Below, in pieces: positions 1 to 13,560 of a DNA stretch of 64,000 nucleotides. Within the stretch, counting starts at the first letter, position 1; each line of letters opens with the position of its first letter. The stretch is from Pristiophorus japonicus (Eukaryota). The DNA lies in assembly GCF_044704955.1 (NCBI RefSeq), contig NC_091999.1:11160001-11224000 (forward strand), written 5' to 3'. The position numbers and the translations under genes were made by a program. Below the pieces are notes generated by a model. It saw only the letters and a program-made list of their open reading frames with translations, made no database searches and was not told where the DNA came from.

Positions 1-180
1 GGAATTGCGTGTAATGTTTCCAAGTTTGCAGATGACACTAAACTGGGTGGCGGGGTGAGCTGTGAGGGGAGCGAAGAGGCTGCAGGGTGACTTCGACAGG
101 TGACGTGAGTGGGCAAACGCATGATAGATTCAGTATAATGTGGATAAATGTGAGGTTATCCACATTGGGGGCAAAAACGC
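1..180 (+). mobile_element. CR1-type LINE, RT C-terminal fragment
   Basis: Translates to ...SKFADDTKLGGGVSC.. and ..YNVDKCEVIHIGGKN, which are CR1 ORF2 RT motifs. It ends abruptly against an opposite-strand CR1 at 181. Confidence 0.85.
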
Positions 181-2370
181 CTACTCACCTAACCTATCCA
201 AGTCACCCTGCAGCCTATTAGCGTCCTCGTCACAGCTCACACCTCCACCCAGTTTAGCGTCATCTGCAAACTTGGAGATATTAAACTCAATTCCTTCATA
301 CAAATCATTAATGTATATTGTAAATAGCTGGGGTCCCAGCACTGAGCCCTGCGGCATCCCACTCGTCACATCCTGCCATTCTGAAAAGGACCCGTTTATC
401 CCGACTCTTTGCTTCCTGTCTGCCAATCAGTTCTCTATCCACATCAGTACATTACTCCCAATACCATATGCTTTGATTTTCCACACCAATCTCGTATGTG
501 GGACCTTGTCAAAGGCCTTTTGAAAGTCGAAATACACCACATCCACTGGTTCTCTTTTGTCCACTCTATTAGTTACATCCTCAAAAATTCCAGAAGGTTT
601 GTCAAGCATGATTTCCCTTTCATAAACCCATGTTGACTTGGACTGATCCTGTCACTGCTTTCCAAATGCGCTGTTATTTCATCTTTAATAATTAATTCCA
701 ACATTTTCCCCAATACTGATGTCAGGCTAATCGGTCTATAATTACCTGTTTTCTCTCTTCCTCCTTTTTTAAAAAGTGGTGTTACATTAGCTGCACTCCA
801 GTCCATAAGAACTGATCCAGAGTCGATAGACTGTTGGAAAATGATACCCAATGCATGCACTATTTCTAGGGCCACTTCCTTAAGTACTCTGGAATGCAGC
901 CTATGAGGCCCCAGGGATTTATCGGCCTTCAATCCCATCAATTTCCTAAATACAATTTCCCACCTAATAAGGATATCCTTCAATTCCTGCTTCTCACCAG
1001 ACCCTCGGTCCCCTAGTACTTCTGGAATGTTGTTTGTGTCTTCCTTCGTGAAGACAGAATCAAAGTAATTAATCAACTGGTCTGCCATTTCTTTGTTCCG
1101 CATTATAATGTCACCTTTAATCTGACTGCAAGGGACCTACGTTTTCCTTCACTACTCTTTTCTTCTTCACATATCTATAGAAGCTTTTGCATCCAGTTTT
1201 TATGTTCCCAGCAAGCTTCCTCTCATACTCTATTTCCCCACCCTCCTAATTAAAACCTTTGTCCTCCTCTGCTGAATTATAAATTTCTCCCAGTCCTCAG
1301 GATTGCTGCTTTTTCTGGCCAATTTGTATGCCTATTCCTGGATTTAACACTATCATTAGTTTCCCTTGTTGGACACGGTTGAGCCACCATTCCCATTTTA
1401 TTTTTTACTCCAGACAGGGATGTGCAATTGTTGAAGTTCATCCATGAGATCATTAAATGCTTGCCATTTCCTATCCGTCGTCAACCCTTTAAGTATCATT
1501 CGCCATTCTATTGTAGCCAATTCACGTCTCATACTATCCAAGTTACCTTTCCTTAAGTTCAGGACCCTGGTCTCTGAATTAACTGTATCACTCTCCATCT
1601 TAATAAAGCATTCGAACATATTATGGTCACTCTTCCCCATGCGGCCGCACACAACAAGATTGCTAATAAGTCCTTTCTCATTACACATCACGCAGACTAG
1701 CATCGCCAGCCCTCTAGATGGTTCCTCGACATATTGCTCGAGAAACCCATCCCTACTACACTCCAGGAAATCCTCCTCGACCGTATAGCTTGCAGTTTGC
1801 TTAGCTCACTCTATATGTAGATTAATGTCGCCCATGATGACTGCTGTACCTTTATTTCATGCATCCCTTATTTGTTGTTGGATGTTATCCCCAACCTCAC
1901 TATTGCTGTTTTGTGGTCTGTAAACAACTCCCACTAGCGTTTTCTATTCTTTGGTATTCCGCAGCTCCACCTATACAGATTCCACATCATCCAAGCTAAT
2001 GTCTTTCCTTACTATTGCGTTAAATTCCTCTTTAACTAGCAACGCTACCCCACCTCCTTTTCCTTTCTGTCCATCCTTCCTGAATGTTGAACACCCCTGG
2101 ATGTTGAGCTCCCAGCCTTTGTCACCCCTGAGCCATGGCGCCGTGATGCCAATTATTTCATATTCATTAATTGCTGCCTGTGCAGTTAATTCGTCCATCT
2201 TATTAAGAATATTCCTCGCATTGAGGCACAGAGCCTTCAGGTTTGTTTTTTAACACACGTTGCCCTTTTAGAATTTTGCTGCAATATGGCCCTTTTTGAA
2301 TTTTGCCTTGGGTTTCTCTGCCCTCCACCTTTACTTTCCTTCTTTCAATGTTTTGCTTCTGCCCCCATTC
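181..2370 (-). mobile_element. CR1-type LINE, disrupted ORF2 (APE endonuclease + RT)
   Basis: Minus-strand ORF pieces 1971-2198 (EN), 1398-1703, 573-1103 (GNYRPISLTS..QHGFMKGKSCLTNLLEF), 427-609 (DFQKAFDKVPH) and 181-426 (PQGSVLGP..KFADDAKL). It has frameshifts and stops, and no 3' tail. Confidence 0.95.
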
Positions 2371-2379
2371 TAAAAGGGA

Positions 2380-5300
2380 TGAAAAAGCAAGGATGGCAGC
2401 CAGAAGACTCACCTGACAGTCAGAGGAAATGGTGGGATAATCAGAGATAAAAATAAAACAAAACAAGCCTTTGTCATTATACTCGCCTGCTGCAGAGAAC
2501 AGATAAAAAAATAGATACTCAAGCAAAACGAATTCAAGAGTTTGATGCTAAGATAAATAAGCTGGAAGAAAAAAAAGATGCAAGGTAGAGTGCACGGCCG
2601 TAGGGGGAAAAATGCAAAATTTCCTCAAGCATGGGATGTGCAACGATGAGCAAGGAGAAGCGCAGCAAAAGATAATTAAGTTGGGATTTAAAGTGGGGCA
2701 TGATTACGATGGAACTTTGGAGTGGGCAGAACATGTAAAGGAGTTAAAGTCAGAACAAAGGAAGAAGATAGCAGAAATAGCAGCAGAGACGAAGAGGGAG
2801 GAGACAGATCCCCACGCAGCTCCACTGATATATTTTAGCTGCAATAAGGGAGGAGGCGCAGGAAGGTGAGGCCCTCAACAGGCAAAGAAGGCAGCACTGT
2901 TTTGCAGCATGTGTATGATATCCTTATTGCCTCCAGTACTGAACAACAACACATACTCGCTTTAAGTACAGCGCTAGGAGCTTGACAGAGTGCACGATTA
3001 AAAATAAATCCTAGGGAGGTGCAGGTGGGAAGAAGCGAAGTAACATATCTAGGATACATAATATCACAAGGGAAGATACAGATACCTGAGGACAGAAAGA
3101 AAGCAATTCGATCAATGCCCAGGCCAGGAACCATGAAAGGGGTCAGGCAGGTATTAGAGCTATTCGACAATTGCAGAAATGTCGAGATCGGGAAATTGTG
3201 GTTGCAAAGTTAAAACAAGCTCTCACAATGCTCCAACCCTGGGATTACCCAACCAGAATAGGCCTTTCCAGATCTATCCCCACTACAGTAAATATCATTA
3301 CATGGGGACAGGCATCGGCCAGTGGTATAGTGATGTCGCAACAAATACCCAGTATACCTGAGTAGAATTAATTAAACACAGGAAGGCTAAAACCAGTATC
3401 CGACGCGTGAAAAGCTAGATGGGAAGCAATGTTTTACACCCACCGCCCCCCCCCCCACCCCCGCTACGGGATGCTAATCATAACGGATGGGGAAGATCAT
3501 CAGTGTAGCGCACCAGGAGAGGACGAGGGAAGTAGTCAGGCGAGTGAAACCTTGCTTGAGGAGGCAGACATAGATCTATATGCAGATGGGTCTCGGCGCT
3601 ATATCAACGAGACACCACGGATGGGATGGGCTCTGGTAGCTGGCAGCGGACAGGCAAAAAGGGAAGGACGGTTAGAAGAGGATCTATGAGCTCAAGTGGC
3701 TGAATTAGCGGTTCTCACTCAGGCTCTGAGGCTGGCTAGGGGGAAAAGAGTAACCATCTATACAGATAGTCGACATGCTTTTGGAGAAGTGCATGCTTAT
3801 ATGATAGCCTGCAGCAGACGAGACGGGCCGAATAAATATGAGGAGAATGTTAAAAACATGGGTGTAATCCTCCCTCCTACCCCAGCAGTGTGCGATAATA
3901 AAGGTCAAAACGCACATAAAATTACTGATCAACATCAACAGGGAAATGCATGGGCAGACGAGGTAGCCAAGCGGGTGGGGAACCAGGCACAATGGAGGGG
4001 AAGCCCAGATAGGCGCATGTACAATCGGGCCTGAGGAGGTAAACATGGTTAAGGGACAGAGAGAAGTCACTTCACAGGAAAAGGAGGGGTGGAAGCAGAG
4101 AGGGGCCCAACAAGGAACCGACGGGATATGGCGGAATGATGGGAAAGTGTGGCCCCAGAATTTATACCACGGGTATGTCCATGCAGATAGAACCAACATG
4201 ATAAGGTCGAGGTATCCACAGGAGCCAACTGAATGTCCAGATGCTGGTGGTGGAAGTGAATGGGTAGATATACAGCGAACCACTGTAAAAGATGCCTAAT
4301 ATGCGCAAAATGCCACCCAGAGGGGAAAGTCAAGGTCAAAATGAGAAAGCATCCCCGACCGAGAGGAACCTGGAGAATTTGCAGAACGACCATTACCCAG
4401 TGACAAGGGGAAGACATACTGCCTAGTGATAATAGACCAGTTTACGAAATGGGTATAAGCAATTGCCACGTGAAAATGCTGAGCAGAAACCGAGGCCAGG
4501 ATCCGAGCAGAAGACAGAATACCCCGAGGGGGAAGGCCGTTACCTCTGAACTCAGATCAATGTAGACACTTCACAGGGAAGATAATGAAACAGGCCTGCT
4601 CTTTACTGCGGTTCAGGCAAAAATATCCCATATCATCCAGAATCTTCCAGAATGGGGGAACGAATCAATAGGACCTTAAAAGCGGCCCTAGCCGAGGCAA
4701 TTGAAGAGACTGGAAAGGGATGGGTAGACAGGTTACCCCGAGTACTGATGACGGTCAGGGTAGCCCATGGTCGGACGGCAGGACTGACACCCTTTGAACT
4801 GATTACTGGAAGGGCAATGAGACAGCCAAACGTCTTGATTTCAGGAAGCGAGGATGTAGGACCATAAAGACAGAATACGGAAATTTGTAATGGAACTCTG
4901 TAAGCAGTTACATGACTTAAAGGCACAGCTAGAGATCAGAAAATAATATAGGACTTAGATAACTACACAAAGGAACAGAATGTCCAAATGCCCGAAATAG
5001 GCAGTCAGATGATGGTGAGCATTACCCCAGAGAGGTCCGGGCTCGCACCCAAATGGATCGGACCCTGTCAGGTAATAATGCAAGTTATGGTGTTTATAAG
5101 GGGTATCAGCAAGTGGAAACACTGGACACAGTTAAACAAGCATGGACACTACCTAATTAGTGACGACTGGGAAATATTGATTTATTGCAGGATTCTCGTA
5201 CTCATGAAAACAACGTGGGGTAAAGCAGCCTCAAATCAAGGACAACAGGTTGAGGGACGGCAAGGTTTCTATAACAGGGAGTCGGTCGATATTAGTTTAA

Positions 5301-7227
5301 TAAAGAATCAAAAACACTGATGGTAACTGCCGGAGCAACAGTAGACTTAAATAACGGGCATAAAACAATGTAACAAGGAAACGAAATAACTTTGGGGAAG
5401 GGCGAGAAATGCGGGACAAATAAATAGTGGGAATAAGACCATGCTGCGTTTTGTAATCAGCAGGGACAGAGATACTGCACCCGGCGAAAGGGGGTGCTGA
5501 TTTCACTCAACATACAAGAAATGGTAGTTGCGGGATACGCAGTGGGATACATGGCAGGACACGTGGCGGGATACGTGACGTGATATCTGGCTGGATTCGC
5601 GGCGAGAGTTGCGATGTTAAACTCTATAGTTGATCGAGTGATGCCCTAAAACGAACCTTACAGGGATTGTTGGAGCAAAATGGAGGAGGCGTGGCACCAT
5701 CCAGAAATGTTTCTGAAGAGAACAACAATACTAAGTATCTCAGCAAAGATGATTCGTATAAAAATAACCCAGTTGCTTTATGTCGAGATCCACTATGATT
5801 CAACAAAGATGACTGTGGAAATGACCAATTGGACGGGTGCACCTTGAGTATTATCTCCCCGCCCCGCCCCAACACAGGACTACGAAATATCGATGTTCCA
5901 CCAGGAAATGGAGATTGATATGTGCGCACCATGGCAACTGAAATGACGAAAGGAACATCTCATACACCATTATGGATACTGACTTCAGCATTACTCCGCT
6001 TGACGAGACAGATATAAACGGGTTTATTATAACCCCTGAACTAAAGGAGGAAACGATCGATGATGGACATTACCCCAGGAGATTATGCGAAGGCCATCGG
6101 GCCAAAAGGAAAACCGATACACGAACTGAAAGAAGAACAAACTCGACTGAGTTGGACACCATTCGACTTCATAGACGATATTCCAGGCGGGCAGATCTTC
6201 GGCAGAATAGCTAAGACCCCAAGTGGAGGAAAGATAGAAGAAACAGAGAATACCACAGGCATAATTAGAACACCGAGAAAATGTTGGCTAGAAAGGACTT
6301 ATACATGATCTATTTTCGACTCAATGTACTGGCTGTAGTGCAAGGGAACTTATCTTGCTAGTATTAACCTGTAAGATGGTGAATCGGCGTAATAGTCTGC
6401 CCCTAGCCCGTACTATAGTTAAAATATTGAAAAAAGGGAAATTAGGCAGTCCGGCAGAAAATACTTATTTAGTATAACCTTGATGGGAAAGCCAACAGGT
6501 AGGTCCTGCAGTTCAGCAAGTAGCACTACTCAAGCGAAAGGGTAACCCTGGAAACCCACCCATGAGGAAATAATTGATAAATGGCCTATCTTGGGCATAT
6601 AGCCAAGGCCATTGGGGGGATTTATAAGGGATATAAATTGTAGCAGGCAACAGAGCAGAGAGATAGGTGGTCAGAATAAAATGCTGAAGGTTGGGAACTA
6701 ATCAATATTAGGCGGGTCTGCGGAATTGTCTGTGTATGTGACACTTGCTTATGTAGGTATAGCACACTTAGAACGCCTTAATCTGTATCCTTAACATTAG
6801 CAACACATAACAAGTCAGCAGTTACAAATTTGATTAGAATCTCCGAGGAAGAGATAAGGGAACGTGAATTTTTAGAACAGTTACATTAGGAGACGTACAG
6901 ACTGTGGCAAAGTAAAACTGATGGAAAAGCACAATGATGGGAGATGGACAATTGTATGTACTACTCAGAGCTAGTCTGATAAGAGTCGACAAGAAAGAGT
7001 CGTCAAGTCAATGTAACTCCCCATTAGCAATAGAACTATTGATGACTTTGCAGGAGGGTAGCTCCTCTCCAAAACCTTTCTCAATTATTCTCGAAACCTC
7101 TTGTATATTGAAGGTTCCACGACTAAACCTTCCCTTGCATTGCTCGAAATAAAGCAAGTTAACCCTAAAGTTTATGTGTTTACTTCCATGGTCGTTATAC
7201 GGAGGGCAAAGGGCGACGTGTTGATTA
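2380..7227 (+). mobile_element. Decayed endogenous retrovirus (class I gamma/epsilon-like): gag end, partial RT, RNase H, integrase, env relic, 3' LTR
   Basis: RT palm relic LQHVYDILIA (~2900) and EVTYLGYIISQG (3019-3213). RNase H LYADGS and AELAVLTQAL..VTIYTDSRHAFG (3429-4034). Integrase ERINRTLKAAL..GLTPFELITGR (4652-4867). A Gly/Ala-rich fusion-peptide-like stretch at ~5530-5630. Protease and the first half of RT are deleted, and the 5' end is cut by CR1. Confidence 0.8.
6699..7227 (+). repeat. Putative 3' LTR of the ERV
   Basis: Preceded by purine-rich GAAGGTTGGGAAC. Contains AATAAA at 7148-7153. Bounded by the inverted repeat TAATCAATA...TGTTGATTA. Confidence 0.5.
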
Positions 7228-7768
7228 CCTGTATCAGGTCGTCCGCCCCGAGGAAGAGAAGCCTTCCTTTTACCCTAACACCATTATCCCACACGCTCTC
7301 CCATGTCCACATTCCAGCTGAATATGCCATGGTCATGGATCAGCTGGAGTCAACTCCTGTCAGCCCTGAAAAACTTCGTCGGTGGAATGAACACTTTGTT
7401 TTATTTCCCTGAAATTTATCTTTCTACCGTCCTGTCGAAGTTGTGATTGAATGCAACTTCAGTTAAGTAGCCCCTGCGCCACTCAGTGTCTCGCCCATAG
7501 CAAAGTCACCTTTACCTGTGCCTTATTAAATCAAGCCCTAGAGGTGGAATGACGACACTGCTACCTCGCAGTCACCTCGAATGTTATGGTCTGTCAAGGT
7601 AGGTCAGGTTCTAGTAAAGAGCAGGTATATGCTGCTTCACAGCTTGATACAGTACAGTATCTGACAGAGTAAATCTCCCTCCACACTAGATTACAACAGC
7701 GACTATAATTCAAAAAGTACTTCAATGGCTGTGAAGCGCTGTGAGATGTCCAGTGGTCTGGTGCGCTT

Positions 7769-7954
7769 NNNNNNNNNNNNNNNNNNNNNNNNNNNNNNNN
7801 NNNNNNNNNNNNNNNNNNNNNNNNNNNNNNNNNNNNNNNNNNNNNNNNNNNNNNNNNNNNNNNNNNNNNNNNNNNNNNNNNNNNNNNNNNNNNNNNNNNN
7901 NNNNNNNNNNNNNNNNNNNNNNNNNNNNNNNNNNNNNNNNNNNNNNNNNNNNNN
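7769..7954. other. Assembly gap (186 N)
   Basis: Run of n characters. Confidence 1.
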
Positions 7955-9834
7955 CAGGGCATCAACAGCACGGGTTAGGTGTGCACGCACACCAAGGACC
8001 AAAAACACCAGGAATGATTCCCAGAGACTAGGCCTAACTGACAAAAGTAATCTATCGTGATCCTTTTCATTTGCACTCTCAGCAACCGAAGGCAGAGAAG
8101 AAAACAATAGAGATTTTATTTGATGGAGATGACACGCGGTGTCCAGAGGTACAGGTGACGCTTTCTGCGGCCGATTATAACCGCTGGATAGATGTTGTGC
8201 AATGGAATGGCAGAATCAAATTCTTCTGAGATATTAGTTTCGTTTTGTTCAGGACAAGTGTGCGAGTGGAGTCCAGTTCCAGGGAAGAGCACGGTAGGAT
8301 ATATTTTTGTTTTAGATTCGACAGTTTATAGGTTCAAATGGTTCACAAAGACCCAGGCAAAATTGTCCCAGCATTGGGGTAACCATTTCTACTCCTACTC
8401 CAATCTGTGCAACTCTCAATTAGCCTGACTCTCTGTCTCCTCTTTCCTGGCGATCTTGCTCCCTGCATTGCTCCACTCCCTATGATAGCATATGCCTGAA
8501 CTGATTGAACACCACACAGGGATCCTTTATCACGTCTCTCCTCCGTTCTTTCTTAACCATGTACCCAAAATCACTGAACATCACCCCGGGGATAATTTCT
8601 GCCCGCGCTGCTCCATTGCTGCTGATACCACCTGCCTGAACTCACTGAACATCATCGCAGGGTTCCTTTCTCCCTATACTCCTCCAGTCCCTCTGAAAAC
8701 ATCTCCTGAAATTCTCTGAACATCACCACAGGAATCCGCCAGTGAACTTTAGAACTTCGCTCCCTGTTTCACTGATGTTTTGCTCCACCTCCTTTATCGT
8801 TTTATCGTCCTTTTGCGGGATCCCCGGCCGCATTAGCGTCTCCAGAGGTTTCTCCATAATATTCCTTCTGGTGTGGCGCTGCTTTTCCTCTAAACACCCG
8901 GAGTTCTCGTGATCGGTCTCTTGTGCTTGGATAGCACATCGGCTTAAAGTGGAGAAGAATTAGCGGCCCGACTGCAGGGATCGGAAGGAAGTTTGGCAAT
9001 AGATGAAGTTGGTGATTAAATAATGTCTCTTCCACAGTCTCTCTCCCTCCCCTCCAAGCTCCAGTTAGCTTTAGCAACCATTACTGTGTCTCCACGTGTT
9101 CTTTCCTGATTCAGGTTCAGGGAATCTCTGGCGTGCAGGGCCCTTTCAAGACGCCCCGGGCTGGCACCTGCTCCTGGATTCGCAGCCCTGTGTCAGGGGT
9201 GAGAGGCTGCACAAACTGGGTTTTTTACCGCTGCGTGGACGCTGCAGACTGCGCGTGTCCACAAACCGTGCTCGAATGTTAAAAGAGCCAATCAAGGTGA
9301 TGTGATGCATGGAATGGTTTGTGGCATCATTCACTGCAGGGCATAACGGCGGCGGCCATGTTTGTGTGAGGAACAGTCGGCCATACTTAAATGACGTGTG
9401 CTGTGACGTGTGACTTCAATACGCATTCTTAATAAGAATGAAAAAATATGCGATAGCGATAAAGATAGCACGCTCAAAGCTGCTGGAGAGTTGCGCATGT
9501 GCGAACAATGCTCCTGTAGTGCAGCACAGCCCCTGCTCTACATAGGGTCTTTTGTGACCCGCTTTATATTGCCGGAATTTCTGTCCTTCATAGCTTCTTA
9601 AACCATTCACAAGATGTGATCGAATTGAAATACAGAATGACAATTTGTTCCAATATCCTTCGGCATAACTGCAAAATAGATCGAGCTCTCCTCTAAGGCT
9701 TTACTAATGCACGGCAGTTAAATGAGGGAGCCAGATACCGAAGCAGCAAGATTAGCAAAAGCGTTAATAAATCTCTATTCCTCCATAGACCTCCAGCAAC
9801 ATTCAATCATTTTTCTCTTTCCTACCCTCTCCCG

Positions 9835-12415
9835 GTGGGGCGGGCAATAATCAAAGGAATAATGGAGGCATGTGAAAAAGGAACGGCAGTAATCATGGGC
9901 GATTTTAACCCACATATCGATTGGTCAAATCAAATCGCACGGGGTAGCCTTGAGGAGGAATTCTTAGAATGCATACGGGATTGTTTCTTAGAACAGTATG
10001 TTACAGAACCTACCAGGGAGCAAGCTATCTTAGATCTGGTCCTGTGTAATGAGACAGGAATAATAAACGATCTCCAAGTAAAAGATCCTCTCGGAATGAG
10101 TGATCACAGTGTGGTTGAAATTGTAATACAGATTGAGGGTGAGGAAGTAGTGTCTGAAACGAGCGTACTATGCTTAAACAAAGGGGACAACAGTGGGATG
10201 AGGGCAGAGTTGACTGAAGTAGACTGGAAACACAGATTGAACGGTGGCACAATTGAGGAACAGTGGAGGTATTTTAAGGAGCGCTTTCATAGTGCTCAAT
10301 AAAAATATATTCCAGTGAAAAAGAAGGGAAGTAAGAGAAGGGATAACCAGCCGTGGATAACCAAGGAAATAAAGGAGAGTATCAAATTAAAAACCAATGC
10401 GTATAGGGTGGCCAAGGTTAGTGGGAAACTAGAAGATTGGGAACATTTTAAGCGACAGCAAAGAATGACTAAGAAAGCAATAAAGAAAGGAAAGATAGAT
10501 TACAAAAGAAAACTTGCGCAAAACATAAAAACAGATAGTAAAAGCTTTTACAGATAGATAAAACGGAAAAGAGTGACTAATGTAAATGTTGGTCCCTTAG
10601 AAGATGAGAAGGGGGATTTAATAATGGGAAATGTGGAAATGGCTGAGACCGTAAACAATTATTTTGCTTCAGTCTTCACAGTGGAAGACACAAAAACCAT
10701 GCCAAACATTGGTGGTCACAGGAATGTGGGAAGGGAGGACCTCGAGACAATCACTAACACTAGGGAGATAGTGCTGGACATGCTAATGCGACTCAAGGTA
10801 GACAAGTTCCCTGGTCCTGATGAAATGCATCCCAGGGTATTAAAAGAGATGGCGGAAGTTATAGCAGATGCATTCGTTATAATCTACCAAAATTCCCTGG
10901 ACTCTGGGGAGGTACCAGCGGATTGGAAAGCAGCTAATGTAACGCCACTGTTTAAAAAAGGGGGCAGACAAAAGGCAGGTAACTATAGGCCAGTTCGTTT
11001 AACATCTCTAGTGGGGAAAATGCTTGAAGCTATCATTAAGGAACTAAGAGCGGGACATCTAGATAGGAATAGTGAAATCAAGCAGATGCAACGTGGATTC
11101 ATGAAGGGGAAATCATGTTTAACTAATTTACTGGAGTTGATTGAGGACATAACGAGCATGGTGGATAGAGGTGTACCAATGGATGTGGTGTATTTAGATT
11201 TCCAAAAGGCTTTCGATAAGGTGCCACACAAAAGGTTACTCCAGAAGATAAAGTTACGCAGAGTCAGAGGAAATGTATTAGCATGGATAGAGAATTGGCT
11301 GGCTAATAGAAAGCACAGAGTCGGGATAAATGGGTCCTTTTCGGGTTGGAAATCGGTGGTTAGTGGTGTGCCACAGGGATCGGTGCTTGGACCACAACTG
11401 TTTACAATATACATGGATGACCTGGAAGTGGGGACAGAGTGTAGTGTAACACAATTTGCAGGTGACACAAAGATTAGTGGGAAAGCGGGTTGTATCGAGG
11501 ACACAGAGAGGCTGCAAAGAGATTTAGATAGGTTAAGCGAATGGGCTAAGGTTTGCCAGATGGAATACAATGTAGGAAAGTATGAGGTCATCCACATTGG
11601 AAAAAAAATCAGTAAAAGGGAATATTATTTGAATGGGGAGAAATTGATACATGCTGCGGTGTAGAGGGACCTGCGGGTCCTTGTTCATGATTACCAAAAA
11701 GTTAGTTTGCAGGTGCTGCAAATAATCAGGAAGGCGAATGGAATGTTGGCCTTCATTGCGAGAGGGATGGAGTACAAAGGCAGGGAGGTCCTGCTGCAAC
11801 TGTATAGCGTATTGGTGAGGCCGTACCTGGAGTACTTTGTGCAGTTTTGATCACCTTACTTAAGGAAGGATATACTCGCTTTGGAGGGGGTACAGAGACG
11901 ATTCACTAGGCTGATTCCGGAGATGAGGTGGTTACCTTATGATGATAGATTGTGTAGACTGGGTCTTTACTCGTTGGAGTTCAGAAGGAAGAAGGGTGAT
12001 CTTATATAAACATTTAAGATAATGAAAGGGATAGACAAGATCGAGGCAGAGAGGTTGTTTCCTGGTCGAGGAGACTAGAACTAGGGGGCACATCCTCAAA
12101 ATACGGGGGAGCCGATTTAAAACCGAGTTGAGAGGGAATTACTTCTCCCAGAGGGTTGTTGAATCTGTGGCATTCTCTGCCCAGGGAAGCAGTTGAGGCT
12201 AGCTCATTGAATGTATTCAAATCACAGATAGATAAATTTTTATCCAATAAGGGAATTAAGGGTTACGGGGAGCGGGTGGGTAAGTGGAGCTGAGTCCACG
12301 GCCAGATCAGCCATGATCTTACTGAATGGCGGAGCAGGCTCGAGGATCTAGATGGCCTACTCCTGTTCCTAATTCTTATGTTCCTATGTTCTTATGTTGT
12401 TATGTTCTTATGTTC
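9835..12415 (+). mobile_element. CR1 LINE, 5'-truncated, ORF2 with a few stops, 3' UTR and (TTCTTATG)n tail
   Basis: ORFs 9835-10302 (EN: IMGDFN, ILDLVL, SDH), 10315-10557 and 10573-11664 (RT). 8-bp tandem tail at ~12372-12415. Confidence 0.95.
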
Positions 12416-12943
12416 ACCCATTCGGTTGCTAATTTCCAGCACTTCTGTTATCAACTTTGGAGAGTTGCATGCAACCTTGTGGGTAAATAAATAAGTCAGA
12501 GGATTTCCACGCCCACCTCAACACATTAAATGTTCAGTTTTGAAGGAATACACGGAATGAAATAACATAGGTGGAAAATGGGAACAAGATCCTGCCGTAT
12601 TAACAGGGCGACCAGCAGGAGATTCCTGGCGCTGTCAGCAAACTTTTAGTCGCAGTTGATCTGAGCATCGATCCATGGCTTTAAGGAAAAACAGCTGATC
12701 AGAAGCAGAAAAGACAGTTTAACCAGCTGATTCATTCTGCGATCGATCCTTCGAACCGATTGGATTCTGCAGTTTGCTTTTGAGACAGCTTCTGGAAACA
12801 TTTGGGTGGCAGTTTGATCCGAGGTTAATTTGGTTTCCGCTCGGTGTGTGTTTGAGCACCTGACACGCTGCTCATTGTGGCTGCATCTGTCTTGATTCCA
12901 CACAACCCCAACAGACAGGAGCTTCGCAGTGCACTCCAATGGC

Positions 12944-12982
12944 AGTTTATGTACAGGGGTGAGACTGTTTTCCATCACTGCG
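12944..12982 (-). promoter_or_regulatory. 23-RSS with mutated heptamer (CGCAGTG-23-ACATAAACT)
   Basis: Heptamer 12976-12982, 23-bp spacer, nonamer 12944-12952. Confidence 0.9.
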
Positions 12983-13450
12983 TGTCAGATAGAGCGCAGT
13001 AATACACGCCAGCGTCAGTCAACTGCAGCCCACGGATTGTTAAACTGGTGAATTTATTCACGGTCTGGAGAAGTGCGGAGAAACGGGCTGCTGCAAATTT
13101 TGCTTTATATTCACTACCATCTGAATACTTCCTCAGTATAAACTCGGGCTGTGTGTCTGGGTGCTGCCGGTACCAGTGTAAATTATAGTAGCTCAATGCA
13201 GTATCATACGTACAGTTTAAAGTCACTGGTTCTCCTTCTCTCTTAACTTCTGAGGGCAGCGGCTGAGAAACAAAATCTCCTTGACTCAGATCTGAAAAAC
13301 ATGATCAAAGAGGAAAAGATGGGATCACCGGGTGATTAAAATTCCGCTTCAAACCATGTTTGTGAAATGGCAGAACAGATTACCTGTGTTTGGTCATGAA
13401 TTACCTGTCAGAAATGTCCCCCACACGATCCACATACTGAGTCGCCGCAT
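12983..13450 (-). CDS. TCR alpha/delta V gene segment (Vdelta-like); leader 13405-13450, V exon 12983-13291; open frame but non-canonical heptamer
   Basis: Leader MRRLSMWIVWGTFLT|gtaa. Acceptor tttttcag, then DLSQGDFVSQPLPSEVKREGEPVTLNCTYDTALSYYNLHWYRQ...LQLTDAGVYYCALSD. Both Cys and Trp41 are present. The intron is phase 1. Confidence 0.9.
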
Positions 13451-13545
13451 TGTCACAGTCCTTTCTTTAAATGGAGGGAAGGATATTTGAAGACACCCGC
13501 TCTGATCCCCAGCTCAATTATCTGCTCTCGTATCACAGGATGCTC

Positions 13546-13560
13546 TCACGTCACTTCCTT
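13546..13560 (-). promoter_or_regulatory. ETS-CRE composite in V promoter (AAGGAAGTGACGTGA)
   Basis: About 95 bp upstream of the leader ATG. CRE-like motifs are typical of TCR V promoters, and the CRE half is conserved in the paralogous promoter at ~34480-34490. Confidence 0.55.

Noticed and set aside
8495-8745. Recurring CTGAACATCAC motif
   Set aside because: A degenerate short tandem repeat with no recognisable function.
9280-9415. Promoter-like motif cluster (CCAAT, YY1-like GCGGCCAT, TGACGTG)
   Set aside because: No associated leader or exon was found. It is probably transposon-derived.
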